Positions 13,835-26,577 of a DNA stretch of 64,000 nt are shown piece after piece. How positions within the stretch are numbered: the stretch's first letter is position 1; each line of letters opens with the position of its first letter. This DNA is from Geosiphon pyriformis uo1 (taxonomy: Eukaryota > Fungi > Glomeromycota): NCBI GenBank assembly GCA_016748015.1, contig JAAOMT010000607.1:62001-126000 (forward strand), in the 5' to 3' direction. Both the position numbers and the translations under genes were made by a program. The notes under the pieces were generated by a model. The model did no database searches and had not been told where the DNA came from. It saw only the letters and a program-made list of their open reading frames with translations.

Positions 13835-15392
13835 TCAAATTATAATATCTTCCATTCCTTTATCACATTTACCCATTGTTACACCGAAATAAGGGCCTTG
13901 ATTGGCCAAGGAACCTTTAGTATACCGCTGACCGCGATTACAATACTGCAAAGTAAAAAATTAAAATGACAATAAGAATTATTCAAATTTCAATAAAAAA
14001 ATTCGAATTAAAAAAATTAGAGTTATTACCGGATTTTCACCAGGTAACTTAAATACATCGCATCGAATCAGCTGATAACCATCTAATTTTTGATCATAAC
14101 AATCACATGGTATCTTAGAGATCCAATACTCAAAATTTGCATGAAGATATTTTCTTTTTTCTTTTGACATCACTGGAAACTGGGAGACATAGTCATTTGT
14201 GTGCGTCACTCGAGAAATAAAAGAATTTTCATTGAGAAATGATGCGAAACGTTCATCCCCAACTCGAGGCTGACCATACGTATAAATCGCCATTAAATCA
14301 CCAAATGGTTTTGCTAGACCTTGATGACCGCCTTGCTTATAAAATAGTAGTTCATTCAATTTGTATAAGGCTCCTGCTAAGGTAGCGTATGCTAAATTAA
14401 AAATTAAAAACACATATTAAAATTCAAACTTTTTGAAATTAAAAAACGAAAGCTTTTAAAAATTTTATAGATTTTATAAATTTCGAAAAATGCTTACCAC
14501 CACCTATACCATGCCCAGTAAAGGTAACCTTCACAGCTTGTGCGTATAGCTGTTTATGTACAACTTCCCTGGCAATCATCACAAGCTTCTCTATTTTCTC
14601 AAAAAGTTTCCCTTCCTCTATCATTGCTTTTACATGTTTATACCATACACGATCAACAAAAAAACTTTTAAATTTTTGTCTAAGAATTTCCGGAATCTTA
14701 TACTTGATTAAAACTGAATCTCTTTTTTTCCATTCCTTTAGTGATAAATTTCGACCACGAAAATATACAATAACGCTATAATTTTCTGTTCCTTCGTATC
14801 CAAGTATTGGATCACGTTTTATCAAAAAAAGGTCAACTAATTATGCAAATAAATTGAAAAAATTTTAATTCATAAAAAAAATATACAAAAATCGAGGGCA
14901 AGAAAACTACCAATGATCCCCTTCTTAACAAAAAGGCCGACACTATTTCTTGGTGAGCAATAAGCCATATTTGCAAATTTTGCCATATCTCTTAAATATT
15001 GACTTGTAGTGGATGTATTTCTTTGGGAGAATATTGGTTTCAAAATTTTAGATCGAGCCTCCAACAGGGTTTGATTTGTTACTGGATTGAATGAATTCGA
15101 TTTTATAGTATTATTTGATTGAGTTTCTTTTAAATCATTGCCTAGAAAATATTCATCGGAAAAGAAAGAAAAGACAAATTGTGATTAAAATTTAAATCCA
15201 AGTTTTTTATTTTTGAATGAACTATAGAATTTCTTGAATTTATTTACTTTTTTTAGGAATTTCTGTGATTTGAAAGATCTCAAAGGCCGTATTTTTGAGG
15301 ATTCTTTTATCGAGAGATAAAGAGAAAAGTCTAAAGAGAATTATTATAATAAAGATAAGGCCTAAATTTTTTTGGTATAGAATATCTTTCAT
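13835..15392 (-). CDS. Class-3 lipase-like protein L3, lacking both catalytic Ser (GHGIGG) and His (LANQGPYFG); ~395 aa
   Basis: Exons 15392-15248, 15141-14911, 14836-14498, 14391-14030, 13945-13835 keep frame. Signal-like LGLIFIIIILFRLFSLS, then FANMAYC, VIVYFRG, YTYGQPRVGD, RVTHTND, EYWI, GPYFG..C. Confidence 0.87.
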
Positions 15393-18227
15393 CGTAATTT
15401 TTGTAAGAAAATTTAATTATCTCAGAAATCGACCAGTGAATTAAATAATTTCAAAAGAATTTCGATTACATATTTCCCTTGATCACGGGGGAAACAAGTT
15501 CCAAAAAAATCGATTCGAAATTTAATTAAAAAATTGTTTTACCATATGGCTGTAAAAAAAAAATACATACATCATACTGACAGGGTCATTTTCTACCGTA
15601 AATCCAAAATCATAATTTTGTCCTTCAATAATAAAGAATGAATCATGAGAATATTGAGAAACTATTGAAGAGTCGGAAAAATGAAATGTGTGCGTTTTGT
15701 GGTTAATTTTGGAAATATTACAAGTATTCTTTATTTCATCCGGAATTTCGATCAAAAATATGATAATCTATAAGTTCATTGTTATGAATATTATTGATCA
15801 TGTTATTTGTATTACTTCATGGTATGAAACAAATAAAGCAAAAATTCTTATTGAAAAAAAACAACACACGAAACGAGATTTAGATATTCTCACGGTTGAG
15901 ATAATTCCTAAATTTTCTAGAAAACTTTGTTTTTGGAAATAATTCACACCTTTAAATTATGGGAATGTTTATTAAGAATAAAATTTTTCCTGTTAAATCG
16001 AAACATCAAGATCTCGTTTTGTTTAAATGACTATTTTACTTTCGGATAATCTATGTGATCAATAATTAAGATTTAATTTTCAATCTAATTCTATTCTATA
16101 TAATGAGTCATGAGTTTTCGACCTTCATTTATTAAAGCAAGTAAAACAAGGGTAGAAAATTTTTTATTAGAAGAGTCAGTTATAATAATATTTAAGACTA
16201 GTAACTATCGACCCTGTCTTATTCGCCAGAAATGGTTAATAATAAAAGGCTTTAGTCCAAGTGGTTAGATTTTATCACGTGTTTATTAATTAATTAATTA
16301 TGTGCATAATTTTTGAAACGAGATATATTAAAATTTATATTCGCTGATAAATACTAATATGTTTCTATTCACTGATAAATAATAAGTTAATCATCAATTA
16401 GAAGCAGGGTAATCATTGGTAATCAAAATCTCAAACTTGCTGATTTTTTTAGACTTATCGGTTAACCTTTCAACTTAAAAAATTTAGTTCATATTTTTTT
16501 TATGAAAAAATCCCAAAAAAATTTCTTATTTCACTATAATATTATAGTTTTTTGGTCCCAAATTCCATTTTTTAAAAAACCATTTCTAACATCTCGTTTT
16601 AATCGTTTCTCAATTTGACATTTGTTTAGAAGAAAGATAAAATCGTTCAAAAATATGAATAGGTTTAACCTTGATTTTACTTTGATTTTATGGAGCAAAT
16701 CTTGAAAATTTTCATTACAAAATGATTGGAAACCGATTATTTCAAATGATATTCCCTTTGATTTATTGTAAATTACATATTTTGTTTTCCATTTTTTGAA
16801 AAGAAATTAATTTAGTTACATAAAAATTTTAAATTTTTTAACTTATTTAAATCGATTTTACGGTGATACGAATAATAAAATAATTATTATTTTTTCTTTT
16901 CCTTTTTTTTAATATCTATATCGAAAAAATCAATAAATACTTTTAAAATATTGATAACCTATTTATTCAATTTAATCATTTTCTTCGTATTAAAGGTAAC
17001 AAATCAAATGTGAAGATAATAAAAAAGTATTTTCTTTCATGTTATCATTATTATTTGTATTATAATTATAGTTAAACTTTTTGTTTTTTTATTGGTTATC
17101 AACACCTACCTTGTTTTACTAAAATTCTTATCACATTTTAAGATGTTTAATATCCCTTGTTAAAAATTTTCATTTAATTCATGTCTAGATTTCCTATATT
17201 ACGCTAATGATCACAATAAAAAATGCCTCCATAAGGGTTCACAATAAGTAGCCATTGTTTTATAGGGTCTCTTTCAAAATTTACATTGACAATAAATAAT
17301 TAATATCCTATTATATTATTCTTAAAATTTTCTTACATTTATTTCCTTTAATATTAAAACAGTGTCAATTATAAAAGACAATACCAAAAACATCTCCGAA
17401 GTCGGATTTTCTTTTTGTTAATGACGTACGACGCAACTTGCAGGTATCAAGATTTCCTGATTTAACCAGAATGAGTTGTACAAGCGGTAGTGTCCAACTC
17501 CTGGATTGTTGGAAATTCTCGGGTTTTGCATCAGTTAATACAATGGAGAATTACACACTATATGCATTAGCATGCGACCGTATTCGAAATCAATGCATCT
17601 ATACAAGAAAGTAAAAGATATTCTATGCCATTCTTTTAAGCGAGAACATGGTGATAACGCTCAATCATTAAATCGCCTGGCTCCAAGGATTCAACATTGC
17701 ATTACCCGAATGAAGGTAACAAAAGGGGTAATTCCATTATGTTAACGAAGAATTGATGATGTTATCATGTACGCATATCCCTTGAGGCACTTTCTTGTAA
17801 AATAAATAAAAAGGGTGGTGAGAGTGAGCTTGGAATTGATGGTTGGGCTTTTCATAGGTTGGGTTATTGACTGATTTGATTTTTCAATTTCATTTCTCAA
17901 GTTTGTTCTTGCGTTTTCTTGTTTGCCGCTTTTTTGCTCTATTGAATGTTATTTTCCTTCCAGATATTAAAAAAATCCTTATCCTTTCTTTTTTTTCCCT
18001 CCTTTTCAATCTTTAATATTTCAAGAATATTCTTGAACCTAATTACATCTTAGTTTAAGGAAATTTCTAATGTTCGTAGCCAAATATTTAATTCATTGAA
18101 TTGAGTTTTTTCTTACTGGCTGGTCCCTCCCTCCCCTTTTTTTTTCTTATCATACCAGGAAATTTACTCGTCATTATTTTCTCCAACCCTTTCACATATC
18201 TACCACTTCGAATAAAATTTTCCCAAA

Positions 18228-19815
18228 ATGATGTCCTGGTTAACCATTTCCTTAACAGTACTTTACTCATCCCTATTCACATTATCCTCGATAATAACAA
18301 ATACAAGTGCTTCTCCAATATCAAACGCTGCGCTAATATACGATGGAAATAGTTCAACTCGATTGGACATGAACAATACAAATACCTTAGACGAAGCTCA
18401 AGATGCGGACTATAGTATAATTGGTGCAAAATGGTTATTTGGAATTTCATTCGCAATAATGCAATTAAATGCCATCGGCTCAATATACGTTATTTATCGA
18501 ACATTTTCAAAATGGTATGGACAAGATGGATATCGAAAAACTTTATCAATGGCTTTGAGAGTTCCTTTTTATATTGCGATATCGGATTTTTGTCTGTACA
18601 TAGCTCATATGTTTAATCAAAGCTATACCGTATTGAATGAGACAACATGGCCTGGTTTTAGTTGCAAAGTTGTTGGTGGTACAGTTTTTTACTTGGTTGC
18701 TGTTAACATGACATTAGGTGAGTTTGAAACTGATTTCAATATTATAAAATGTGTGAGACGATTAGTTTATTAAAAACTAATCTCTCTGATTCAATTTTCA
18801 AATCTATTTCAATAGTTGGTTTCATAGCACTAGCAACTTATCTTCGAGGTAAAAATTATAACCATTTATTCTTCTTAATTGTTTGTTTTTTATAATAAAA
18901 CAATCCATTCTTATTAATCATCAATTTTATCTTTCACAACCTTTTAGTCTGTCGTCGAATTTTAATTGATCTAGGCCGTTTTGATTGCAACCTATTTCTA
19001 ATAGTCCTTGGATTCCCATTGATCCTAACATTGTGCAGTATCCCATCTTTTGGCCCAAGCACTTATTGGTATGTGCCAAAACAATTCATATCATTTTTTT
19101 TCCGAGTTATTTAGTTGAATAATTAATGTTTAAATTTACTCACCGAATTTTTTATAGGTGTTACACAAATAAAACGAATCACATAATGCCCCTGATAACT
19201 TTAATTCTAAATTTCTCGATCATCGCCCTCAACATATTTTGTTACTTTTTCACACTACGAGAGATTAATACGTCCGGTAATCGCTTAGCTAATGTTCGGT
19301 CTAAAGATAATCCTGGCCTAGCTGCAAATATTGAGCAAAGAGTCACAAGAAAAGTAGCTGCTTATGTGCTAATATTTACAATTCAATGGACGCCTGCGAT
19401 GCCATATGTAGTTGCGAGTGTTGTTAGTAACGTAAGTAGAATAAATGATCTTTTTGTTTAATTATTATTCATTCTGACAGGAATTTTCATCAAATAACGT
19501 TTGATTCTTCTAATTATTTGTTGATAGTCAACACCATCAGTAGCACTATACTTACTATGTGACGTTGCCATAAATTTGGGCGGAATCGGTAACTGCATAC
19601 AATATGTTCTAAACGAAGGTTGGAAACATCGAAACGAGGAATCGACAGATGATACTGAAATTTCATCAAAAAAAATGAATTCAATCAACTCTCGACAAAA
19701 AAATCAGATTGGTACAATTTCCAGTTTTTCAGCAATTCAGACCAGATCCGATGAATATGATTTACAGGACTGGAATTTACCCTCCCCACCACCACTAGTC
19801 GTAGAGCATTATTGA
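18228..19815 (+). CDS. Seven-transmembrane GPCR-like receptor (Git3/cAMP-receptor-like); ~401 aa
   Basis: Exons 18228-18717, 18816-18848, 18948-19068, 19158-19431, 19528-19815 join in frame. N-terminal signal with N-glycosylation sites, LRVPFYIAISD, CKVVG, GPSTYWC, RKVAAYVLIFTIQWTP, NLGGIGNCIQY; seven hydrophobic segments. Confidence 0.85.
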
Positions 19816-20575
19816 TCTTAGTAATGATGATTCTTAATTAAATTTAGGATATGAATCTCACACAAAAGCAGCAAACAACGCATGAGAAATATTTTAAAAT
19901 GATAAAAAAAAAAAAAAAAAAACTTCATTTTGATTACGACTCTTCATAGTTTATGAAATGGGACAATGTATTTATAGTCATTTGGGAAAGCATAGCATAA
20001 TTGTACAAATATATCATATTAACATTATTTATCATAGGAAACAATTAAAGGAAATCGTTACATTGAGTGTTTAACGTAAAAGTTCTCTGATATCAATTGC
20101 ACATTTTTTTTTACCTCCATTGTATAAATATGGGGCGTGTGGTGCAAAAAAAACTGATAAAGTGAACATTCAGCATCACTCGAAGCATCAAATTTCTGAT
20201 TATTTAATTTCTTCCTTTTCTTATTCCATAATTTTTTATTATTCAATATACTCCATTTAACAATATCCAAAGTAACGAATCCTAAAGTATAGATTACATA
20301 AAAGATTCTTTTTTTCTTGTTGTACTATCTTCATACTTTAGATTATTTTTTATTCTTTTTGATGTTAGTCAAATCAGAGTCCTTAAAAGATCATAATTTA
20401 TGGGATTTTAATTGTTCTTTAAAATACAACTACATTTATTTCAGGTGGAAATTAAGTTTTACAATAAAAGTTTTTTATATTCAGTTCCTTTACACACACA
20501 TAATTTTTTTAATCTCTTAAGGTTTTTCAGTGATTTTAATAAAAATAAAACAAAAAAAAAGTTTTATATAATGTT

Positions 20576-20595
20576 AGGTTCTTTTTCTTTATTCA

Positions 20596-20626
<31 letters not shown>
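20576..20626. repeat. (AAT)n microsatellite (pure run ~20597-20626)
   Basis: Directly visible. Confidence 0.7.
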
Positions 20627-20629
<3 letters not shown>

Positions 20630-22028
20630 TGGTAAAAGAACTAAAATATCTAGATTACCATTTGAAAGATAATTATTATTAATACTTGAGCTTATAAGTT
20701 TTATTGAATTTAATAAATCAGATAATAAATAATATTTAAAAAAAAAATTAACCTTTTATTTATTACAAAATTTTTCTATAATAAAACATTCAAAATAAGC
20801 AATTATATTTTACAATAAATTAGTAAAACCCATGTAATTTTAAAAACTTTAAATCTTTTTTAGTTTAAAAAATTTCTTGATATGAAATAAAAATCTCTTT
20901 TTTGTATCATCTAAAAAGTTTAAAAATAAAAAGTTTCTAAAAAGGTTTTAAAAATAAAAGCAAAAAAAAATTATTTCTTATCATCTCTTTATCACAGGTG
21001 TAAAGAGTACTATATTAAATATACAAAAGACAAGAACAAAACTTGAAATTTTGCAATTAAAGTATAAATAATATTGGGCAACGTTATTGTAATTTCCAAG
21101 ACACCACATCTTTGAAATTTTTTTTGAAAATAATAGCAAAAGATTCAGCCTCACAAAGATGTTCACGAGAGTATATACAAACAAGAAGGCTGTCAATTTC
21201 AACATTCACGGCAGGCACAAAAAAAAGGCTGCAGACAAATATTGGTGATCAAAAAAAAGTGTCAAAACGGTAGGTTGATTTGATAATGATAAGTGTAGAA
21301 GAAATTTTGAGACAATTATTAAAGAAAAGATATCGTAAGAAACTTTTAATTCTCGAAAATTCTGGAATAATTTTTCTTTAAGTTGATAAATGATTAGAAG
21401 GGGTCCAAGAAAAGCAAAAGTTTCACTAGTATGTAAGCATCAAACTTGAGCGCCAAAAACTTTTTTAGGAAAATCATCACGAGTATTGAATGCCCGAAAA
21501 ATTCTACGCCCAGAATTATGGCATTTAAGGTGTGACAAAGGCAAAAAACTGAAACAATTGCCAATCTGATACCACAACAGATGAAGTGCGCCAGAATTTT
21601 TCTAGGCGATAAAAATTCTTTGACAAATGCGGTGTTCAAAGAACTGGTGATCACCGTGAACCATCTTGCAAGATACCATTAAAAAATGTTACCTAAAATA
21701 AATGTATAATGATTGGTCGATTCTAGATTTAGAGCTTGAGTCAAATAAAATAGAAGCCAGTTATTATTATATATTCAAAATTTGATGACTTAAATATTTT
21801 CTATTTAGCTAATCTTTCAAAAGAATAAATATATATATGCTTTAATTTTTTTCTATTTAATCAAATCATTGGCAAGTATATATATAAAACTGAAGGAAAA
21901 ACACTAAAATCCTACCAAACTTTTTAATAAGGAAATATTCAATTTCATGCGATTGAATTTTTAAATAAAAAATTAGAGACTTTTTATTAGTCGGAATGAT
22001 TCGAAAAGTTTTTTAATCAACCATCTCG

Positions 22029-23636
22029 TTAATCATATTTAAGCAAACTATTAGCGGGTCTAGATAGAAGCCTTGGGTAAATTCCATCCATATTTAAAGC
22101 GCAATTCCCCATTTCTATTCCAAAATATAGACCATTATGAGCCATAACACTTTCTGGTTCAGAGTAAATTTGTGCAGCATTACATTCCTAGAAATTATCA
22201 AAAAAGAAAATTTTATAAGTTGAGAGGCAAAAAAAAAAGAAAAGAGAAATTTCTCTATTTCAAATTTCAAATTATTACAGGATGCTCCGCAGTCCTATCC
22301 CAAAATTCATCAAGATTCATCAAAAAATTATCACATTGATAAAGCGGGTAATATGATGCACCATTGCCTACGCAATCACAAACCGGCCAGGCAATCCAAT
22401 GTTCAACTTCATGATGCTGAAATTTAACTCCATTCTGATCCAATACTGGATAATGAGGGAAAAAATCATTGGTATGTGTCACTCGGTAGATAGTGTTCAT
22501 GAGGAATTGATTGATCATTTTTGCAAACGCTGAATCTCCAATACGTGGTTGTCCAAACGTAATTGCCGAGATCACAGCCGACCCCCAGATAGTTTCCATT
22601 CCGTACTTCTCCATATCATAGATTTTTAGCAATTTAAACTGCAAGGCAGCAAGTAATGCATATACTATTTTCAAAAATTAATGAAAAGAAAAATATTGAA
22701 GGAGATATATTATTCATACGCAGTTGAAAAATTTTTAGATTTGAAAATTTTTTAATTTGAGTAAAACAAACCTCCTCCAATAGAATGACCTACAAACTTT
22801 ACATTTATACTTTTCTCATAGTAATCAATTCCATTGCTTCTTTTAAAAACAACATCCATTAAAGATTTGATTTTTAGAATTATTTTCTGAAATGCTGGAT
22901 CAAAGTTAACTTTCCAGGATGATTCAACCAATGGGACGTCGGGCTTGGTCCAATTTAGAAGATATTTGTACGGTTTCATTTTATAAATTCCATTTTGTAG
23001 TTCTTTTAATGTAATCATTGGCGCCCAAAAGGTTACAATTATATCATATCCATCGGGACCACGATCAATAAAGGCATGTGCTACCCCATTAATTTTATTA
23101 TATAATAAAATATTTGATTAGTTGATGATGAAGGAGTTTATTAGATCTTTGTAAGAAAAAAAAGAAAAAAGCTTCCAACCTTTAAAACCACCAAAGTGGA
23201 GCATTAACTTTTTTTTTTTTAAGCAATAAGCCAAATTTGCAAACCTGGCCATACGGGCTAAATCCTTATGAAAATATGGTAGTTCAGTTTTGGGTGGGTA
23301 TGGAGTTCTACCTGTCGAGTCCACCATAGCTCTTTTCATTTTCAGTTGGCCATAATGTTGTGTTAAATTTTGATGAAAAATATTTGATTGATCCAATATG
23401 ATCGACTGAACCGAGTTATTTGGAAGTTGACCAATCAAACTAAAATTTAAATGATTTTTTGACTTTATTAAATTTTGAAGCTGATTATCATTCCAGCTTA
23501 TTGTATGAGAATGTAAAAAAAATAGTCCAACATTAAATGTGCAAGAAATTAAGAATATGAAAATAGGAAAAATGATGAAAATTTTTTTTATGTAAAGATC
23601 GTTATTTTTTAATTTATGAAATTGAATTTGAAACAT
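22029..23636 (-). CDS. Class-3 lipase L4, only paralog with full Ser-Asp-His triad and intact frame; ~436 aa
   Basis: Exons 23636-23180, 23080-22772, 22664-22279, 22187-22029. GHSIGG, ITFGQPRIGD, RVTHTND, HHEVEHWI, AHNGLYFG..C; N-terminal hydrophobic anchor and KR site. Start codon choice is uncertain. Confidence 0.88.
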
Positions 23637-24725
23637 ATTGACACAGAAACTTTCAAACTCATTACCTTTACTGAATATATTTATAAACCGGCAAAAGTAG
23701 AAATAAAAAACGAGCTCATTTTTGCAACCAATTTTAATTCGACAGATTTGGATTTTGTATTTGTTGATGAGTAATAAATTGCTTTTCAATTAAGACCGAC
23801 ACTATTCTAAATATATCATCCCGGTCAGCAGAATTTATGGTTGGGACCTCCGGATAAGTAACTATTAGCAAAAAAGATATTTTAAAAGATATGCATAAAA
23901 TTAATATTGGTAATATCGGAAAAATTAATTTAGTCTCGTGATAAGGGAGACAGTCATCAGTTGATTGTTTTTATCATTTTTTTTTTTTTTTTTTTGGTGT
24001 AGGATTAAAAAAAAGTCACTAGGAATATGTGAAACCAAATTATTGTTAAATATTAAATCATCAAGTATACAAAAAATTCTAATATTTATGTTATTATCAA
24101 GATTTTACTTTGAAGATAATCTATGGATGTTTCGCTAATTTGATAAGATAAAATAAGACTTTTAAATTATCTGTTTTTTCAACAAAAAATTTTTTGAAAT
24201 TTGATTTTATTCCTTGGAAAGAAGTTATAGTAATTTTGAATTCCTTTGCTCTAGTTATTTATTGTATACCATTTAAAAAAAGGGAAATCACGAAATTAAT
24301 AAAAAATTATTGAAGCAAAGAAAAAAAATTTTTAATCTCCCTTAGAAAGTTGAGATGACAATAACATGGAAAATTGAAGTGCAAATAGAGAGATTCAATT
24401 ATTTTTCAAAAATTTAATATAGCTATTTGTTTATCAAATAGTATTTACAATACGTTAGAAAATTTCCAAGTTTTCCCAAATAATTATAAGACATTCTTTG
24501 AATTTCTAGCGTAAAAGTTTAAATATCACTTTTGGAATATGAAGCATGAACAATTCATGATTAGTATGTTTGAGTTTATTTTTTGTTAGAATTATTGCTT
24601 TATAAGCATTAAATTTTTTTCCAAAATTTTTTTTCAAGTTTTTTTGGTTCATATTTAATTTTATAACATCTCAAAAGCTTTAAGTTTGAATAATTTTCTT
24701 TTGTTTTTATTTCTCTCTAACTTAC

Positions 24726-24835
24726 TTATGGACATATATTCATAATATAACCAAAATATGGCCCAAAGTGATCCGAAATGTTCGCGGATCGTCTTCCACT
24801 TGCATAACGTCTGTGTTTTGCCTCTTGATTGCATT

Positions 24836-24871
<36 letters not shown>

Positions 24872-26173
24872 AAAGAATAATCAAATTTCGTCTAGTCATC
24901 AAAATATTGAAAACAAACCAAATATGAAAACTTAAATACCGGATTCGCTCTGAAACTATCCTGGGCAAAACACTTGAATACTGTGGGAAATATTGGTGGT
25001 TTTTGTTGAATATACGTTGGGGCACATTCACATTGATTCTGTATTGGGATCCAGTATTCTGTTGCTAATGGAGCATAATATATGATGGCCTTGGTCTCAG
25101 GGTTATTACCAAATTTTGGCCACAATGGAGTCCAGTCATCAGCGTACGTGACTCGATAAACATCCAATTTACTATAAACATATTTTACAAATTCAATGTT
25201 TCCCATTAAAGGCATTCCAAAGGTAACAACAACGGGTCGTGTTTTCAAATTGTGATACGTCACAAATTCAAGTGCTGCATAAACAGCAAAAACTATTTCA
25301 TTAAAAGTTATAAAGTATTTAATCAAGAGTATTATGTATTAATCAGAAGTGTTTGAGAAAAATAGTTAAAAAGAATATTACCACCAGCTCGGCCAAAACC
25401 TGTAAAGGTAAAAGAATTTTCCATCGTTTTAAATTTAATCATTTTCTCCCAAAACCGAACGCTAGCTTTTAACCATCGATTGTAGAAAAGCTCTTCAACA
25501 AAAGCATCAGAAAGATTTGAATATCGAACAGCTACTCCGGTACCTCTTCTTCTATTACTGTAATGCACTTCATGGCTTCGAAAAAAAATTATAGCTTGTT
25601 GTGGTTCCCCTGACTGTAGGGATGAAAGTTTTTGAGGAAATCCAGCTGCAAAGCTTAAAATACTTATTCAAAGTTTGGAAATTTCGAAATTTTTGGACTT
25701 CAAATTAGCTCACCCATCACTTTTGGTCCTAAGCCATCACGTCGAGATTTAAGACATGCGGCTTCTCTTGCCATATAAGCATGATTCGCTAGCATTCCTA
25801 AAATTTTTGTGTCATTTATTTCCAACTTGTAAAATATGGTTTTTTCTAATGCCATTGATATTCTGCTATCAATTTGGGATAACTTGAAACTATCGAAATC
25901 TTTTGATTCAAGTCTATCAGGAACAAAATGATTGTATTCTAAATTTCTGACCATTAATAAGCTCGGTAAATATGAGAAATTGGTTTGTTCGATTTTCAAT
26001 CCATATACACGACCATTGAAACTTTCAGGGTGTATAGCTACCATCGTGGTCAACAAAAAGATTGTAAAAATTAAGGAAATGTATGTCCAACAGTATTTTT
26101 TGCAAATCAAAGTTTGACACTGTTTTTGATAAAATCTCGTAATAAATTCTTTTTTGGGTTTTGTCAAGTTCAT
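24726..26173 (-). CDS. Class-3 lipase-like protein L5, Ser-less (GFGRAG), N-terminal signal anchor; ~395 aa
   Basis: Exons 26173-25714, 25645-25382, 25292-24940, 24836-24726 keep frame. ANHAY..AAC, VTFGMPLMGN, RVTYADD, EYWIP, DHFGPYFG..C. Confidence 0.86.
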
Positions 26174-26436
26174 TTTTATTTAACAATAAATAGAATCAAA
26201 TTCAATGTTTTAGATGACAATTTTCTAAATGAATTTTAAGGACCTTTTTCGTTTTATATCTATATAAAGGGAAGTTTTTAATCTGGCAAAACTTCTTAAA
26301 TGTATCAACTTCATTTTGACGATTTAACCAATTTTCTAAATTGAAAATTTTTAGAGGTAAGATTTACCCATTTTTATATTGGATATCAATGTCATAGTTA
26401 TTTAAACTACAAGGTTTTAAAAATTTGGAAAAATTG

Positions 26437-26577
<141 letters not shown>

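Noticed and set aside
15522-15942. Small ORFs upstream of L3, possibly a decayed lipase first exon
   Set aside because: No ATG-initiated frame or diagnostic motif; could not link them to any exon.
23637-23789. Extended N-terminus of L4 from the ORF track
   Set aside because: Starts at TTG; ATG 23636 precedes the hydrophobic anchor and fits paralog architecture.
24726-25031. 101-aa ORF with poly-Lys
   Set aside because: Reads through the intronic poly(A) tract; only 24836-24726 is the real L5 last exon.
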